64,000 nt of DNA from an uncultured delta proteobacterium. GTDB lineage: Bacteria; Desulfobacterota; Desulfomonilia; UBA1062. The notes under the pieces are model-generated. The model made no database searches and was not told where the DNA came from. It was given only the letters and a program-made list of their open reading frames with translations. The stretch spans positions 96,001-160,000 of the forward strand of contig CAVVYZ010000001.1 of NCBI GenBank assembly GCA_963752595.1, read 5' to 3'. Shown in pieces: positions 39,009-50,793 of the stretch (position 1 is the first letter of the stretch; every line of letters begins with the position of its first letter). A program made the translations under genes and the position numbers.

Positions 39009-40919
39009 TCACGAGCAGAAGAGACGGCAGAGGATCTGGGTCGAGAGGATGCCCACCAGCGCGCTGTTGTCGCGGAACCCGAGGCGGTTCGAGGCCGCGC
39101 ATTTGTCCATGAGCCGGGCCACGGCATCGGGATTGAATATCCCCGCAGCATTGAGCGTATTTTCATGAAGATACCGGGAAAAGGAATTTTTGAGTTTCCC
39201 GCCTGCAAAGAAAGATTCCTTGTTCGGGGCGCCGTACGGCTGCTTGGTCCGGGTAAAGATCTCTTCAGGGAGCGTATCCATGAAGGCTTTTTTCAGGATG
39301 AACTTCTCTTTGAGGCCCTTTATCTTGAGTGCCGGATGAATGCGACCGGCGTATTCTGCGAGGCGGTGGTCCAGGAACGGATACCTGCCTTCCACACTGT
39401 TGGCCATTGCCATGCGCTCTCCCTGGGAGGAGAGGAGGTACCCTGCCAGCAGCAATTTCATCTCCAGGTACTGGGCCTGGTTCAGGGGGTGCCACGAGGA
39501 AAAGTCCGGGTTTAAGTGCGGCCGCAACTCATCGACGGGATCATAGTCTTTTAAGCTCTCCCTGATATCCTCATGGAAATAATCCCTGATCGAAGAGGTA
39601 TTTCTCCAGGTGGGGAGATGGGAATACCCGAAGTGATCCGTTGCCGCGAGGTCGTTTTTGTAGAACGAGACCAGAAGCCTGCCGGAGCGTCTCATCTGAA
39701 CCGGTGAATAGGGGTAGAGCCTGAAGAGAAGGAGCGGCCGCAGCCTGGAATCCGGCATCCTGGACCAGAACCTGCGGATCTTGGCCTCCTTGAAGATATC
39801 GTAGCCCCCGAAGATTTCATCAGAGCCCTCTCCGGTGAGCACTACCTTGATCCCGTGACTGCGTGTAAGCCTGGAGAGCATGTACATGGGTGAAGGCGCT
39901 GTGCGCAGGACCGGGGTTTCCGTGTGCCATACGACATTGCTGAATACGGAAGCGATGTCGTCATGGGATACTTTCGTGACATGGTGGGTGGTGCCGAGCC
40001 TTTCTCCCATGGCAAGCTGGAAGGCCGACTCATCGTAGTCAGGGTCCTGGAAGCTCACGGAAAAGGTTTCCATGGTGGGGGTATGCCGCTTGATCAGGGC
40101 CGTAAGGATGCTCGAGTCCAGCCCGCCGCTTAAGTATGCACCCACGGGTACATCGGAGCGGAGCCTTACGGCAGTGGAATCGTCGAGGATCTCCCGGATG
40201 CCTTCCACGGCGTCATCCTGCCGGACAATGTCGTGCTCCCCGCTGGGCGGAAAGGTGATGTCCCAATAGAGAAACGATTTTTTCCTGCCGGGCTCATGGA
40301 TGATGCACTCGCCGGGCCTGAGCTGAAAGATATTTTCAAACACGGTTTGGGGCGCGAGGGTATTCCAGAAGGTAAAGACCTGGCTGATCCCTTTCGGATC
40401 TATCCGGGGCTTGCCTGTAAAGGGGAGCAGCGCCTTGACGGCAGAGGCAAAAACAAGGCTCGGGCCTTGGTACGTATAGAAGAGGGGGGCTATCCCGAAC
40501 CTGTCCCGTGCCAGCATGAGCCGCTTTTTCCGTGTATCCCACAAGGCAAAGGCGAACTGGCCGTTTAAAAGAGATAAAAATTCCGGCCCGTGTTCCTCGT
40601 AGAGGTGGACAAGGACTTCGATGTCGCAGGTCGTGGAGAACACGTGGCCCCGCTTCTGCAATCCTGCCCGCAGCTCCACATAGTTGAAGATCTCGCCGTT
40701 GCATACCACCCAGACAGTCTTGTCCTCGTTGGCCATGGGCTGGTCGCCGGTCGTCAGGTCGATGATGGCGAGGCGCCTGTGGCCCAGTATGATTTCATTG
40801 TCCCGGTAAATGCCTGAGCCGTCCGGCCCCCGGTACTCCATGAGGGAAAGTGATTCCTCCATGGCGGAATCGGGGAAGATGCCCGGGCGATGATTGTAAA
40901 TCCCTGCAATACCGCACAT
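39009..40919 (-). CDS. asnB: Asparagine synthase (glutamine-hydrolysing) family amidotransferase
   Basis: MCGIAG, RGPDG, LGHRRLAIID, NGEIFN, YLSGGLDSS, LTGEGSDE, EGRYPFLD. Confidence 0.9.
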   Translation of the reverse strand: MCGIAGIYNHRPGIFPDSAMEESLSLMEYRGPDGSGIYRDNEIILGHRRLAIIDLTTGDQPMANEDKTVWVVCNGEIFNYVELRAGLQKRGHVFSTTCDIEVLVHLYEEHGPEFLSLLNGQFAFALWDTRKKRLMLARDRFGIAPLFYTYQGPSLVFASAVKALLPFTGKPRIDPKGISQVFTFWNTLAPQTVFENIFQLRPGECIIHEPGRKKSFLYWDITFPPSGEHDIVRQDDAVEGIREILDDSTAVRLRSDVPVGAYLSGGLDSSILTALIKRHTPTMETFSVSFQDPDYDESAFQLAMGERLGTTHHVTKVSHDDIASVFSNVVWHTETPVLRTAPSPMYMLSRLTRSHGIKVVLTGEGSDEIFGGYDIFKEAKIRRFWSRMPDSRLRPLLLFRLYPYSPVQMRRSGRLLVSFYKNDLAATDHFGYSHLPTWRNTSSIRDYFHEDIRESLKDYDPVDELRPHLNPDFSSWHPLNQAQYLEMKLLLAGYLLSSQGERMAMANSVEGRYPFLDHRLAEYAGRIHPALKIKGLKEKFILKKAFMDTLPEEIFTRTKQPYGAPNKESFFAGGKLKNSFSRYLHENTLNAAGIFNPDAVARLMDKCAASNRLGFRDNSALVGILSTQILCRLFCS

Positions 40920-40962
40920 TGCATTTCTCCATAATAACAGTAGTAGTACCTTGTCAACTTTG

Positions 40963-41018
40963 CCCCCTCTCCCTTGCCCTCTCCCCCGGTACCGGGAGAG
41001 AGGGCAAAGGCGAGGGGG
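40963..41018. repeat. GC-rich REP-like palindrome
   Basis: ccccctc...ttgccctctc...gagagggcaa...gaggggg nested inverted repeat. Confidence 0.6.
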
Positions 41019-41302
41019 AATGCTCACCTGTGAATTCGAAGTTGACAAGGTAGCAGGTCCGCATGCCCGGTTAGAGTGCATACGGCGTGGGAGTGTATCT
41101 GCAAGCTGCCTTCCAATTAATTCAAGGGGCACAGGCTTTCGGAAAAGAAGGAGGTAAACTCATTGAGTATGGGAATAAAATAGAAAGGTTATACAGTTTT
41201 ATACCCGGAACACCTGTGGTTAAAGTGCCGTTTTGCGTAAATCCTCGAAGGGCCGAATTTGGATGAAGCCTCAAAGATTGGACAATTTTGTCCTTTCTGT
41301 TC

Positions 41303-42367
41303 TTACTTTTCAAAATGTTTTACATACCGGCCGTAGCCTTCCTTTTCCAGGTCCTCCTTCGGAATGAAGCGAAGAGCTGCCGAATTCATGCAGTAGCGTT
41401 TCCCGGTGGGCGCAGGGCCGTCATCGAACACATGCCCGAGGTGCGACTTTCCGTGCTTGCTCCTTACCTCCATCCTGACCATGAAAGTGCTCTTATCCGT
41501 TTTCTGTTCGATATTTCCGGGTTCCAGGGGTTTTGTGAAGCTCGGCCAGCCTGTCCCTGATTCGAATTTGTCCGAGGAGCTGAAGAGCACCTCTCCCGAG
41601 ACTACATCTACGTAGATGCCCTCGCGTTTATTGTTCCAGTACTCGTTCTCAAAGGGGCTTTCCGTTCCGCACTCCTGAGTGACATGGTACTGCAGCGGGT
41701 TCAAACGTATCTTCAGGTCTTCTTCAGGCCGTTTTTCTCCCCCTTTCCGGATACCGGGGGCAGGGCATGTCCCGGATGCGCAGGGGCTGACATACCGTTC
41801 GCGGCCGGAGCGGCTCCGGTAGAATTCATACCGCTGTGCATTTTTCTCGTAGTAGTCCTGGTGGTACTCCTCTGCCTTGTAAAAGGGTGCCGCTTCCCTG
41901 ATCTCCGTGGCAATGGGCTTGTCGAACCTGCCCGATTCGTCAAGCGCTTTCCTGGATTCCTCTGCAATGCGCTTCTGTTCTTCATTGTGATAGAAAATTG
42001 CACTCCGGTACTGGGAGCCCCGGTCGACGAACTGGCCTCCGCTGTCCGTAGGGTCTATCTGCTCCCAGAATATCTGAAGAATCTCCGGGTAACTGATCTT
42101 CGAGGGGTCATACGTCACTTCCACCGCTTCAAGGTGCCCGGTCCTGCCGGAGCTCACTTCCTCGTATGTCGGGTTTTCCGTGCGGCCGCCGGTGTATCCG
42201 GATACGGCCTCGATCACCCCGTCCGTATGATCGAAGGCCGACTCGATGCACCAGAAGCATCCCCCGGCAAAGGTCGCCTTTTCCTGTTTTGGTTCCGAGG
42301 CACTGCTCTGCCCGGGAGAGAATGAAAAATGTGGAATGAAGAGCCGTATCATTCCGTGTCCGCTCAT
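41303..42367 (-). CDS. msrAB: Fused peptide methionine sulfoxide reductase MsrA-MsrB
   Basis: [19 protein letters not shown] (MsrA); [26 protein letters not shown] (MsrB). Confidence 0.93.
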   Translation of the reverse strand: MSGHGMIRLFIPHFSFSPGQSSASEPKQEKATFAGGCFWCIESAFDHTDGVIEAVSGYTGGRTENPTYEEVSSGRTGHLEAVEVTYDPSKISYPEILQIFWEQIDPTDSGGQFVDRGSQYRSAIFYHNEEQKRIAEESRKALDESGRFDKPIATEIREAAPFYKAEEYHQDYYEKNAQRYEFYRSRSGRERYVSPCASGTCPAPGIRKGGEKRPEEDLKIRLNPLQYHVTQECGTESPFENEYWNNKREGIYVDVVSGEVLFSSSDKFESGTGWPSFTKPLEPGNIEQKTDKSTFMVRMEVRSKHGKSHLGHVFDDGPAPTGKRYCMNSAALRFIPKEDLEKEGYGRYVKHFEK

Positions 42368-42602
42368 GGCGATCTCCTTTTTTTACACAGTCACTTTATA
42401 AGTTAGACGCCAAAAAACATGTGAGAGATTCAACGATATAAAGCCGTTAAATATGGTCTGAGAGAACCTGGAAACCAAGGACCGGCCGATAAATTCAGGC
42501 GATATTATAGTGCTTGTAATTCGAAACGCACCCTGATACAGGTTTTACAGACGCAACTCACGCCAAAACGTGGAGGAATAACGCTCCAGGAGGATTATCT
42601 AC

Positions 42603-44399
42603 TTGGAAAAACGCTACAAATTTTCCCTATGGTACATTCTGATAGGGATCTGGGTGGTCCTGATCGCTCAAAGTTATATCTCATCGATGTTCGTGGTGGA
42701 AACCATCCCGTACAGCAACTTTCTCAATCTCGTGAAGACCGATAAGGTGACGGAGATTTCAGTCACCCAGAACGAGATTCACGGCAAGCTCATAGGCAAG
42801 GAAGGAAAAGAGCAGAAGTTCAAAACCGTCCGGGTGGACCCGGAGATTTCGAATATGCTCGAAAACCGTAAGGTCACATTCAAGGGGGAGGAGCAGTCTG
42901 CCATGGCGCAGAACGTCCTGTCCTGGGTTGTGCCGCTGATTCTCTTCGTCGGCATATGGTTTTTCGTCGTGAAGCGCATGTCGGGCAATCAGCCCGGGTT
43001 TATGTCGCTCGGGAAAAACAAGGCGAAGATCTACATGGAAGACGAGCTCAATATAAAATTCGACGATGTGGCAGGTGTGGAAGAGGCAAAGCAGGAGCTG
43101 GTGGAGATCATCGATTTCCTGAAGAACTCGTCCAAGTTCGTCGAGCTCGGCGGCAAGATTCCCAAGGGCATTCTGCTGGTGGGCCCTCCCGGCACCGGAA
43201 AGACCATGCTGGCAAAGGCCGTGGCAGGCGAAAGCGGGGTGCCTTTTTTCAGCCTGAGCGGGTCGGACTTTGTCGAGATGTTCGTGGGGCTGGGAGCAGC
43301 TCGCGTACGGGACCTCTTTACCCAGGCCAAACAAAAGGCGCCGTGCATCATCTTCATCGATGAGCTCGATGCCCTGGGCAAGGCCAGGGGGCTCGGGAAT
43401 ACGAGCGGCCATGACGAGCGGGAGCAGACGCTGAACCAGCTCCTTACCGAGATGGACGGCTTTGATGCCAAGGTGGGCGTGATCCTCATGGCCGCAACCA
43501 ACAGGCCCGAAATCCTCGACCCTGCGCTCTTAAGGCCGGGGAGATTCGACCGCCATGTCCTCGTCGACAGGCCGGATAAGGCCGGGAGGAAGGCGATTCT
43601 CACCGTACACCTGAAAAACATCAAGACAGATGACACAGTCGATGCGGAAAAGATCGCCGGCATGACGCCGGGCATGGTCGGCGCGGATCTCGCCAACCTC
43701 GTAAACGAGGCGGCGCTTCTCGCGGTCAGGCACGGGAAGCAGACGGTAGGCATGCCCGAGTTCGATGAAGCGATCGAGCGGGTCGTGGCAGGCCTCGAGA
43801 AGAAGAACAGGGTCATCAACGTCAAGGAGCGCGAGATCGTGGCCCACCATGAGATGGGCCATGCCATTGTCGCCCTCTCTTTGCCGGGGACCGATCCGGT
43901 GCACAAGATATCCATCATCCCCAGAGGCGTCGCAGCGCTGGGCTACACCATGCAGGTGCCGACCCAGGACCGCTACCTGCTGAGCCGGACCGAACTGCTC
44001 AACAGGATCTCCTCCTTCCTCGGGGGCAGGGCTGCCGAGGAGATCATTTTCGGTGACATCTCCACAGGCGCCCACAACGACCTGTCCCGGGCAACGGACA
44101 TTGCCAAGAGCATGGTGAGGGAATACGGCATGAGCGAGAAGCTCGGCCAGATCTACCTTGCGCCCGACAAACGCTCACAGTTCCTTGATACAGGCGTGAG
44201 CGAACCCCATGACTACAGCGAGGAGACCGCCAGGGAAGTGGACGATGAAATCAGGCAGATCATCCAGGACCAGTACGAAATCGCCCTGTCGATCCTGAAC
44301 GGCAAGAAGGATATACTCGTCAAGGGCTCCAAGCTCCTGCTCGACAAGGAAAAGATCGACCGCGAGGAGATCGAGAGCCTGTTCCATGCAGGGGCGTGA
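42603..44399 (+). CDS. ftsH: ATP-dependent zinc metalloprotease FtsH
   Basis: Two TMs, [40 protein letters not shown]. Confidence 0.96.
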   Translation: MEKRYKFSLWYILIGIWVVLIAQSYISSMFVVETIPYSNFLNLVKTDKVTEISVTQNEIHGKLIGKEGKEQKFKTVRVDPEISNMLENRKVTFKGEEQSAMAQNVLSWVVPLILFVGIWFFVVKRMSGNQPGFMSLGKNKAKIYMEDELNIKFDDVAGVEEAKQELVEIIDFLKNSSKFVELGGKIPKGILLVGPPGTGKTMLAKAVAGESGVPFFSLSGSDFVEMFVGLGAARVRDLFTQAKQKAPCIIFIDELDALGKARGLGNTSGHDEREQTLNQLLTEMDGFDAKVGVILMAATNRPEILDPALLRPGRFDRHVLVDRPDKAGRKAILTVHLKNIKTDDTVDAEKIAGMTPGMVGADLANLVNEAALLAVRHGKQTVGMPEFDEAIERVVAGLEKKNRVINVKEREIVAHHEMGHAIVALSLPGTDPVHKISIIPRGVAALGYTMQVPTQDRYLLSRTELLNRISSFLGGRAAEEIIFGDISTGAHNDLSRATDIAKSMVREYGMSEKLGQIYLAPDKRSQFLDTGVSEPHDYSEETAREVDDEIRQIIQDQYEIALSILNGKKDILVKGSKLLLDKEKIDREEIESLFHAGA

Positions 44400-44458
44400 T
44401 CTTTATTTAGCTGCACGTCCCGGCCGATTCCATCGCATAGACAGGGAAATGAATCCAT

Positions 44459-44494
44459 GGGATGCCCTCTGATGGGGGCATCCCGTTTTGTTTT
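44459..44494 (+). terminator. Intrinsic terminator after ftsH
   Basis: gggatgccctc-tgat-gggggcatccc followed by gttttgtttt. Confidence 0.75.
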
Positions 44495-44927
44495 CCGAAG
44501 GGGGAACCCTTTTGCCCTTTGCTTCTTGAATGGTGACTGCCTGCGTACATATCCATTGTCTCCAATGTGACAAAAGAGTATGTCATTAAGATGCATATTG
44601 AGAATATCAGCTCTTTTGAAGAGTTCTTATAGAAATCTCTACTCTGATTGCCTGAATAGCCTGTAGAGGTCTCGGGATGTTATATTCAATCCGAGCTGAC
44701 CTTCGATTACCTCAAGGGTATCTGTTCTTTTCTGAAAGACCAAATTGTTATACGTTCGTGCCAGTATCAAAGGTTTGAGTTTTCTTTCAAAAAGTAAACC
44801 TTCCACTTGGATATTATAAATTTAAGCAATAAATATATTTAGATATCTTCAGCGTCTTGATCATTCAAATTTCATAACCTAATCTTTATTATGAGAAGTA
44901 CCGGACCCATAGAAAAGGAATACTAAG

Positions 44928-45272
44928 ATGGTAAATGCCGAAGATAAGAATGACAAGACCAGGGCTTTTGAAGAAGCGCTGAAGGGTGATAAAAAAGAAA
45001 AATATGTCCTGTTCCTGTATATATCCGGGACGACCCCAAAAGCCAAGCGGGCTATCCGGAACATCAAGAATATCTGCGAAGAATATCTCAAAGGAAGGTT
45101 CGATTTAGAGGTTATAGATATTCGGCAGCACCCGGAGGTTGCCATAACTGAAGATATTATGCCCACTCCCACACTCGTGAGAAAACTTCCCCCACCACTT
45201 CGTAAGCTTATAGGAGACCTGTCGGATAGAGAGCATGTTCTTGTGGGCTTGGATATCATGCCTAAAAGCTGA
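44928..45272 (+). CDS. kaiB: KaiB family protein, inverted paralogue
   Basis: [39 protein letters not shown]. Confidence 0.9.
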   Translation: MVNAEDKNDKTRAFEEALKGDKKEKYVLFLYISGTTPKAKRAIRNIKNICEEYLKGRFDLEVIDIRQHPEVAITEDIMPTPTLVRKLPPPLRKLIGDLSDREHVLVGLDIMPKS

Positions 45273-45444
45273 TTTCGTTAATTACTACAAAAGATAGGCT
45301 ATCTGCGAAGGCTTTGGAAAGTGTTGCGTGAGCTTATAGCTAACTATCATCTCTCTTGATCATTAATGTACTTGCATCTTATGGAGATATCTTCACCAGA
45401 AATCAATTCAGCTTCTTCTGGAATTATCAGGAGAAAGCCCAAGC

Positions 45445-47525
45445 TCAGTGTTCCAACGCCCGGCGGACAGCATTTTTCAGCTCTTTACCGCCGGCCGGTT
45501 TCAGCAGCAGTTCACGAATACCCAGAGAACTCGCTTCCCGTTCGTTTATCACATCGTTGAACCCGGTACACAGGACCACAGGGATACCCGGGCGTATTTC
45601 CAGGGCCTTTCTGGCAAGCTCTACACCTGTCATCTTCGGCATCGTCAGATCGGTTATTACGAGATCGTACTCATATGGGTCCCGCTCAAACAGCCGGAAA
45701 GCTTCCTCGCTGTCCTTTACTGCTACCACACGATAGCCTGAAACCTTCAGCACCCGTTGCAGGCTGAAAAGGACCATCTCCTCGTCATCGATCAGGAGAA
45801 TTTTTTCCCGGCCTTTCTCCGAAGGTGTGGTCTCGGGAGAAGCCGCCTGCGCTTTTACTTTCCCGGCATATATCGGGAGGTATACGGTGAAAAGGGTGCC
45901 CTCTCCCTGTCGGCTCCGGACAGCAATTGTTCCTTCCAGTCTTTTCACGATGCCATGGACAACCGAGAGACCCAGGCCGCTGCCTCTGCCCAATTCTTTT
46001 GTCGTATAGAAAGGTTCGAATATATGATCCAGTACATCAGGTGCAATGCCGCTGCCGGTGTCTTTCACCGCAAGCTCCAGATAGTCGCCTGCTTCCATTT
46101 CCTGATTGGCATGAACCGGCTCCAGGCGGGTCGTTGTCAGCCTCACCTCAATGGTGCCCATACTCGACTCAAAAGCATCCGCCGCATTCTGAACCAGGTT
46201 CATGATGATCTGCTGGATCTGTGTGGAGTCGCCCAGGATCATATGGCTTTGAGCATCGAGGTGCTGCTTGATCTCATGGTGCTCGGCAGCGAGGACCGCA
46301 GGAAATCCAGTGTTTCCTCCACCAGCGGCGCCACTTTTATGGGACTCATCTGCTCTTCGATCCGCCTGCCGAAGGAAAGTATTTTCTTTACGAGATCCCT
46401 CTGGCGAAGGACAGCCTTCAGGGTCTGTTCCAGGAGCTCACGCCTGCTGGAATCCACCGGTGCCTCTGCAAGGAGTTCTTCGATGTTTATGAGGATCGGA
46501 TAGAGAATGTTGTTCAGGTCATGGGCAATGCCGCCGGCGAACCTGTCCAGAGCTTCTATCCTCTGTGTCTGGGCGAGCTGGGATTCAAGGCTTCTTCTCA
46601 GCTTCCGACCGCATGCGTTCCGTGACGTCACGCCAGGTTATTGCCAGCCCCTCCAGATATTTTACCGCCTGGATATCGTAATATCCGGCAGATTCTGTAT
46701 CCATCCCGAGCCCGCCTTCGATAAGGACCGCTTCCCTGGTCATCGGCCTCCCGGTTTCTATGGTCTGTTCGAATACGTCGAACAGACCGGTTTCCCTGAG
46801 CTTAGGGAACAGGTCCAGGAGGGCGAGGCCGTCCAGGTCTCCGTGCTTCCCGTGGAATAATCGGTAGCCGGCTGCATTGGTGTACTCGATGCGAAAGTCG
46901 GTAATGTCGCCTTTGTCATCGCGAATGGCAGAGATGATTGTAAACGCGTCGATCATGGTTTCCACGGAGGTGCGGAAACGCTCCTCACTCTCCTGCAGGG
47001 CCTTGCGGGCATTCTTCTGAAACGTGATATCCGTTATGACGCCGCAAAAGGTCAGTGCCTGGTCAATCTGCAATGGAGAAAAGGAGACTTCGGCCCAGAT
47101 ACTCTCTCCGCCTTTGCCTTGAAAAACGACCTCCGACTTTCCCGTGCTTCTCCTGTCGCCGGATAGATCCCTTTAAATATCTGGCGATGTTCGGGGATGA
47201 CATACTCATACATGGATGACCCTATCAGCTGTGAAAGGGTGACACCCAGCATTTTTGAAAACTGCTTGTTACTATAGAGGATGATGCCGGAATCGTTCGT
47301 CGTTACGGTGCCTTCGCTCATCTCTTCGATGATGATGCGGTACGGTTGGTTTGCTTCCTCAAGGGTGAACACCTGCTCGCCGGAAGCTCCGGATACCACG
47401 AGAGCGTCGACCTCGCCATTCCGGATGGCGCGCGAATACTCCTGCTCATCTTCAAGGCGGGCCTGGAGGGCCTCTATTTCTTCAAGCAATTCTTTTTTGG
47501 TCTTATTTTTCATTTCTCGATGCAT
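45445..47525 (-). pseudogene. PAS-PAS hybrid histidine kinase/receiver, frameshifted into at least 4 pieces
   Basis: Consecutive fragments in different frames: IRNGEVDALVV + PAS (47052-47525), PAS (46585-47073), [10 protein letters not shown] HisKA (46239-46631), HATPase + REC (45445-46242). Confidence 0.8.
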
Positions 47526-47574
47526 AATGTCTCTTTATTCTCTTCACTCGTTTTCATGGATGTCAATTACTAGA

Positions 47575-47919
47575 TCAGTCCTTTGTCTTGATATTCAACC
47601 CCACGAGTACATGCTCTATATCCGACAGGTCTCCGATAAATTTACGGATAGGCGTCGGGAGCTCTTTTACGAGCGTAGGAACGGCCATGATGTCTTCATC
47701 CCTTGCAGCCCCGGGCTGCTGGTAAATGTCGATGACCTCCAGCTCATATCTTCCTTTGAGATGTTCCTCGCAGATTTTCTTGATATTCCGGATAGCCCGC
47801 ATGGACTTCGGTGTCGTTCCTGTTACATACAGACGCAGAACATACTTTTTCTTCTGGTCATCTTTCAGAGCCTCTTCAAAGGCCCTGGTCTTGTCGTTCT
47901 CTTCTTTTTTCTTGATCAT
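47575..47919 (-). CDS. kaiB: KaiB family protein
   Basis: [36 protein letters not shown]. Confidence 0.92.
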   Translation of the reverse strand: MIKKKEENDKTRAFEEALKDDQKKKYVLRLYVTGTTPKSMRAIRNIKKICEEHLKGRYELEVIDIYQQPGAARDEDIMAVPTLVKELPTPIRKFIGDLSDIEHVLVGLNIKTKD

Positions 47920-47953
47920 TTCGTCCTGCCTTTTTCCCTGCTGATCGAACGCC

Positions 47954-48280
47954 TTATGCGGCCGATTGGCGCAAATCCAGGCCTACAAGCACTTTTTCCG
48001 TGTTGGACAGATCACCGATGATCTTCTTTATTGGCTCCGGAAGCTTGCGCACCAGGGTCGGTATGGCCAGGATCTGGTCTCCTTTAGCCAACTGGGGGTT
48101 CTCCAGGAGATCGATGATCTCGATGCGGTATCTCCCGGCCAGATGCTCTTCACAGATCTTCTTGAGGTTCGCAAAGGCCGCGACAGATTTCTGGGTCTGA
48201 CCGGCAACATACAGCCTCAGTTCATATATCTCATGATCTTCATTCTGATCTTGTTCTATTTTATCATTGTCTTTTTCCAT
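47954..48280 (-). CDS. kaiB: KaiB family protein
   Basis: [41 protein letters not shown]. Confidence 0.93.
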   Translation of the reverse strand: MEKDNDKIEQDQNEDHEIYELRLYVAGQTQKSVAAFANLKKICEEHLAGRYRIEIIDLLENPQLAKGDQILAIPTLVRKLPEPIKKIIGDLSNTEKVLVGLDLRQSAA

Positions 48281-48381
48281 AATGTAAAAGCCTCCGTATT
48301 TCAGTTTGCCATGTTTATCGCATTAAGCTTCTATGGTCCTACCACCACTCTTCTGGAAGGAGTCAATGCTTAATTAATCTA

Positions 48382-50104
48382 TCAGTCCTCTCTATCTATC
48401 CCGTCACCTTTGCGGCTGAAGGCCATATTCATCCTGTTCTGCTCCAGGTTTTTCATTCTGATTCTGCCCTGATCTATCTTGTTTAACAAATCATTCTTCT
48501 CACTTTCGAACTCGGAGCGGATCTGTTCAAGCTGTGCCTCCATTGCCGCACGTCTTTTTTCCAGGTTTGTTTCAAGGCGCTCTATCTCGTTTGAGGCAGC
48601 AGCTTTCTCATCCCGCTCACGCGCCTCCTGGGAAAGCCGTGCAGAACCGGTGAGCACTCCCTCGGGCCCAACATAGACATCCAGGATATCCAGCCCATGC
48701 CTGGTGATCAAAAACTCCCGGATCTGGTTGGAATGGGGCATGCCGCGTGATTTCAAGACGTATATCCCGCGGTTGCGCTCGCCGCCGATCTCGATGTCCC
48801 GCAACAGAAGCCATGTATCGGCCAGGGAGGAGATGCCGACCTCGGTAGCTTCCTCTGATTTTTCTCCTGCCGTGAGTGAGGTGAAGAGCGCGGTTATGCC
48901 CTTGCCCTTCATGTGATCGACCAGCCGCTGGATCATGGATTTGACCTCTCTGAACGAGCCGATCTCAGGCAGGTTGCTGAAGGGGTCTATGACTACGACA
49001 GAGGGCTGGAACTCGTCGACCTCCTTCAGCATCGACAAGAGATGATGCTCCAGGCCATAGACCGTAGGCCGCTGGGAAAAGAAGCTCAAGCCCCCCTTTT
49101 TAAACATTTCTCAAGATCGAGCCCGATGGATGCCATGTTGCGGATCACCTGGCTCGGGGATTCCTCGAAGGTGAAGTAAAGCGCGCGTTCGCCGCGCCTG
49201 CAGGCCGCTTCGGCGAAGGTTGCGGACAGGCTGGACTTGCCCGTACCGGCAGTGCCGGAAACCAGGATAAGGCTGCCCCGGTAATAACCTTTTCCGCCCA
49301 GCATGGCGTCCAGGCGGGGAAGCCCTGTTGGGATGCGCTCCGTGTGCCGACGTGATTCCAGTCCCACCGAGGTGATGGGCAGCACCATGAGCCCTGTCTC
49401 GCTCATGAGGAAGGGGTACTCATTGGTGCCGTGTGTAGAGCCGCGGTACTTCACTACGCGCAGCCGCCGGGTCGATACCTGTTCGATGACCCGGTGGTCG
49501 AGCAGGATCACGCAGTCCGAGACATATTCCTCCAGGCCTTCGCGCGTCAGAGTAGCCCTCCCCCGCTCGCCGGTGATAACCGTGGTCATGCCTTTGTCCT
49601 TGAGCCAGCGGAAGAGCCGGCGCAGCTCGGCCCGCAAGTATTGCCTTGTTGGGAAGCCCGGCAAAGAGCGACTCGATCGTATCCAGGACTACCCTTTTGG
49701 CGCCGATAGACTCGATGGCATGGCCGAGACGGATGAACAGCGCCTTCGAGATCGTATTCGCCGGTCTCCTCGATCTCGGTGCGTTCGACGTAGACATAGT
49801 CCATGATGGAGTTCCTGTCCTCTGCGAGCTTTTCGAGATCGAAGCCTAGCGATGCCCCGTTGGTAACGATTTCTTCAGGAGTCTCCTCAAACGAAACGAA
49901 CACCCCGGGCTCTCTGATAAACAGAGCGCCTCGTACCAGGAACTCCATGGCCAGCATGGACTTGCCGGATCCCGGCCCTCCGGTAACCAGAATTGTACGT
50001 CCCTTGGGAAACCCGCCATAGGTTACTTCGTCAAGGCCCTTGATGCCAGTGGGCACTTTTTCCAGAATGAGATCGTGATTTGTACTTCGTTTTTGACGCG
50101 CCAT
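48382..50104 (-). pseudogene. kaiC: KaiC (double RecA-like domain) with about 3 frameshifts
   Basis: GGPGSGKS (CI), EEYVSDCV, KYRGSTH, GTAGTGKS (CII), ISSLADTW, KSRGMPHSNQIREF spread over four frame segments; shifts near 49741, 49638 and 49095. Confidence 0.88.
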
Positions 50105-50793
50105 ATACCCCCCCTTATGTGATTCAGTATATGAACAGCTTGCTCCAAATCTAATAATAGTATTTCAATTGATCGTTATTATTGCATGTCTTGGATTAAA
50201 GGCATAGGATATATTGCATTATTGTAATGATAATCAGAGTTTTATCTCATTCACTTTGTGGCCTCATTCTCAAAAAAAAAATCAAATTTTTAAAACCCCA
50301 GATTCTCATCGATGATCATGTGTTTCAGAAAAAGTATATGACATGGGAACACATACAAAAAATTATGTTAGAGGCTACGTGAATGCTCAAGGTTTTCAGG
50401 AGGTAATATGATTTCCCGGGACTGAAGATATCTTCAACAAATCACAATAGAAGCAGGACAGATCAATACTTATGCTTTCCTATAAGAAATGGAAGCTCTG
50501 ATAATACTTATGATATCTGCGATAGATTGTTGGTCTTGAAATGACCCGAAACCAATGATCTCCCGATGAGAGCTTTACTTTTCTAGAGCCAAACTCAGAG
50601 TATAACTACTGCACGTTCATTATCATCTAATCTTAACCTAAAATGCCATTTCATATGCCATTGACCAACTCTTTTGCCATGCCGCAATTGATGAAGGCCC
50701 GATGAAAAAATTATCATGGTGCGGGATTCTGAATGCGGGAAATACTCCTATATATCTATCTTATCTCCGGCATTCCTTATTAATGGAGTATGT

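Noticed and set aside
41050-41110. Group II intron domain V look-alike (ccgcatgcccggttagag)
   Set aside because: The 5' catalytic-triad arm and domain VI are missing, and there is no RT nearby.
38900-41300. asnB as a lasso-peptide cyclase or part of a biosynthetic cluster
   Set aside because: It has an intact Cys-initiated glutaminase domain, and no precursor, B protein or ACP genes are adjacent.
41303-42367. Selenocysteine form of MsrA/MsrB
   Set aside because: Catalytic positions are Cys codons; no in-frame TGA.
44748-44765. Sigma54 promoter (minus-strand TGGCACG)
   Set aside because: The -12 GC is absent and no gene lies downstream on that strand.
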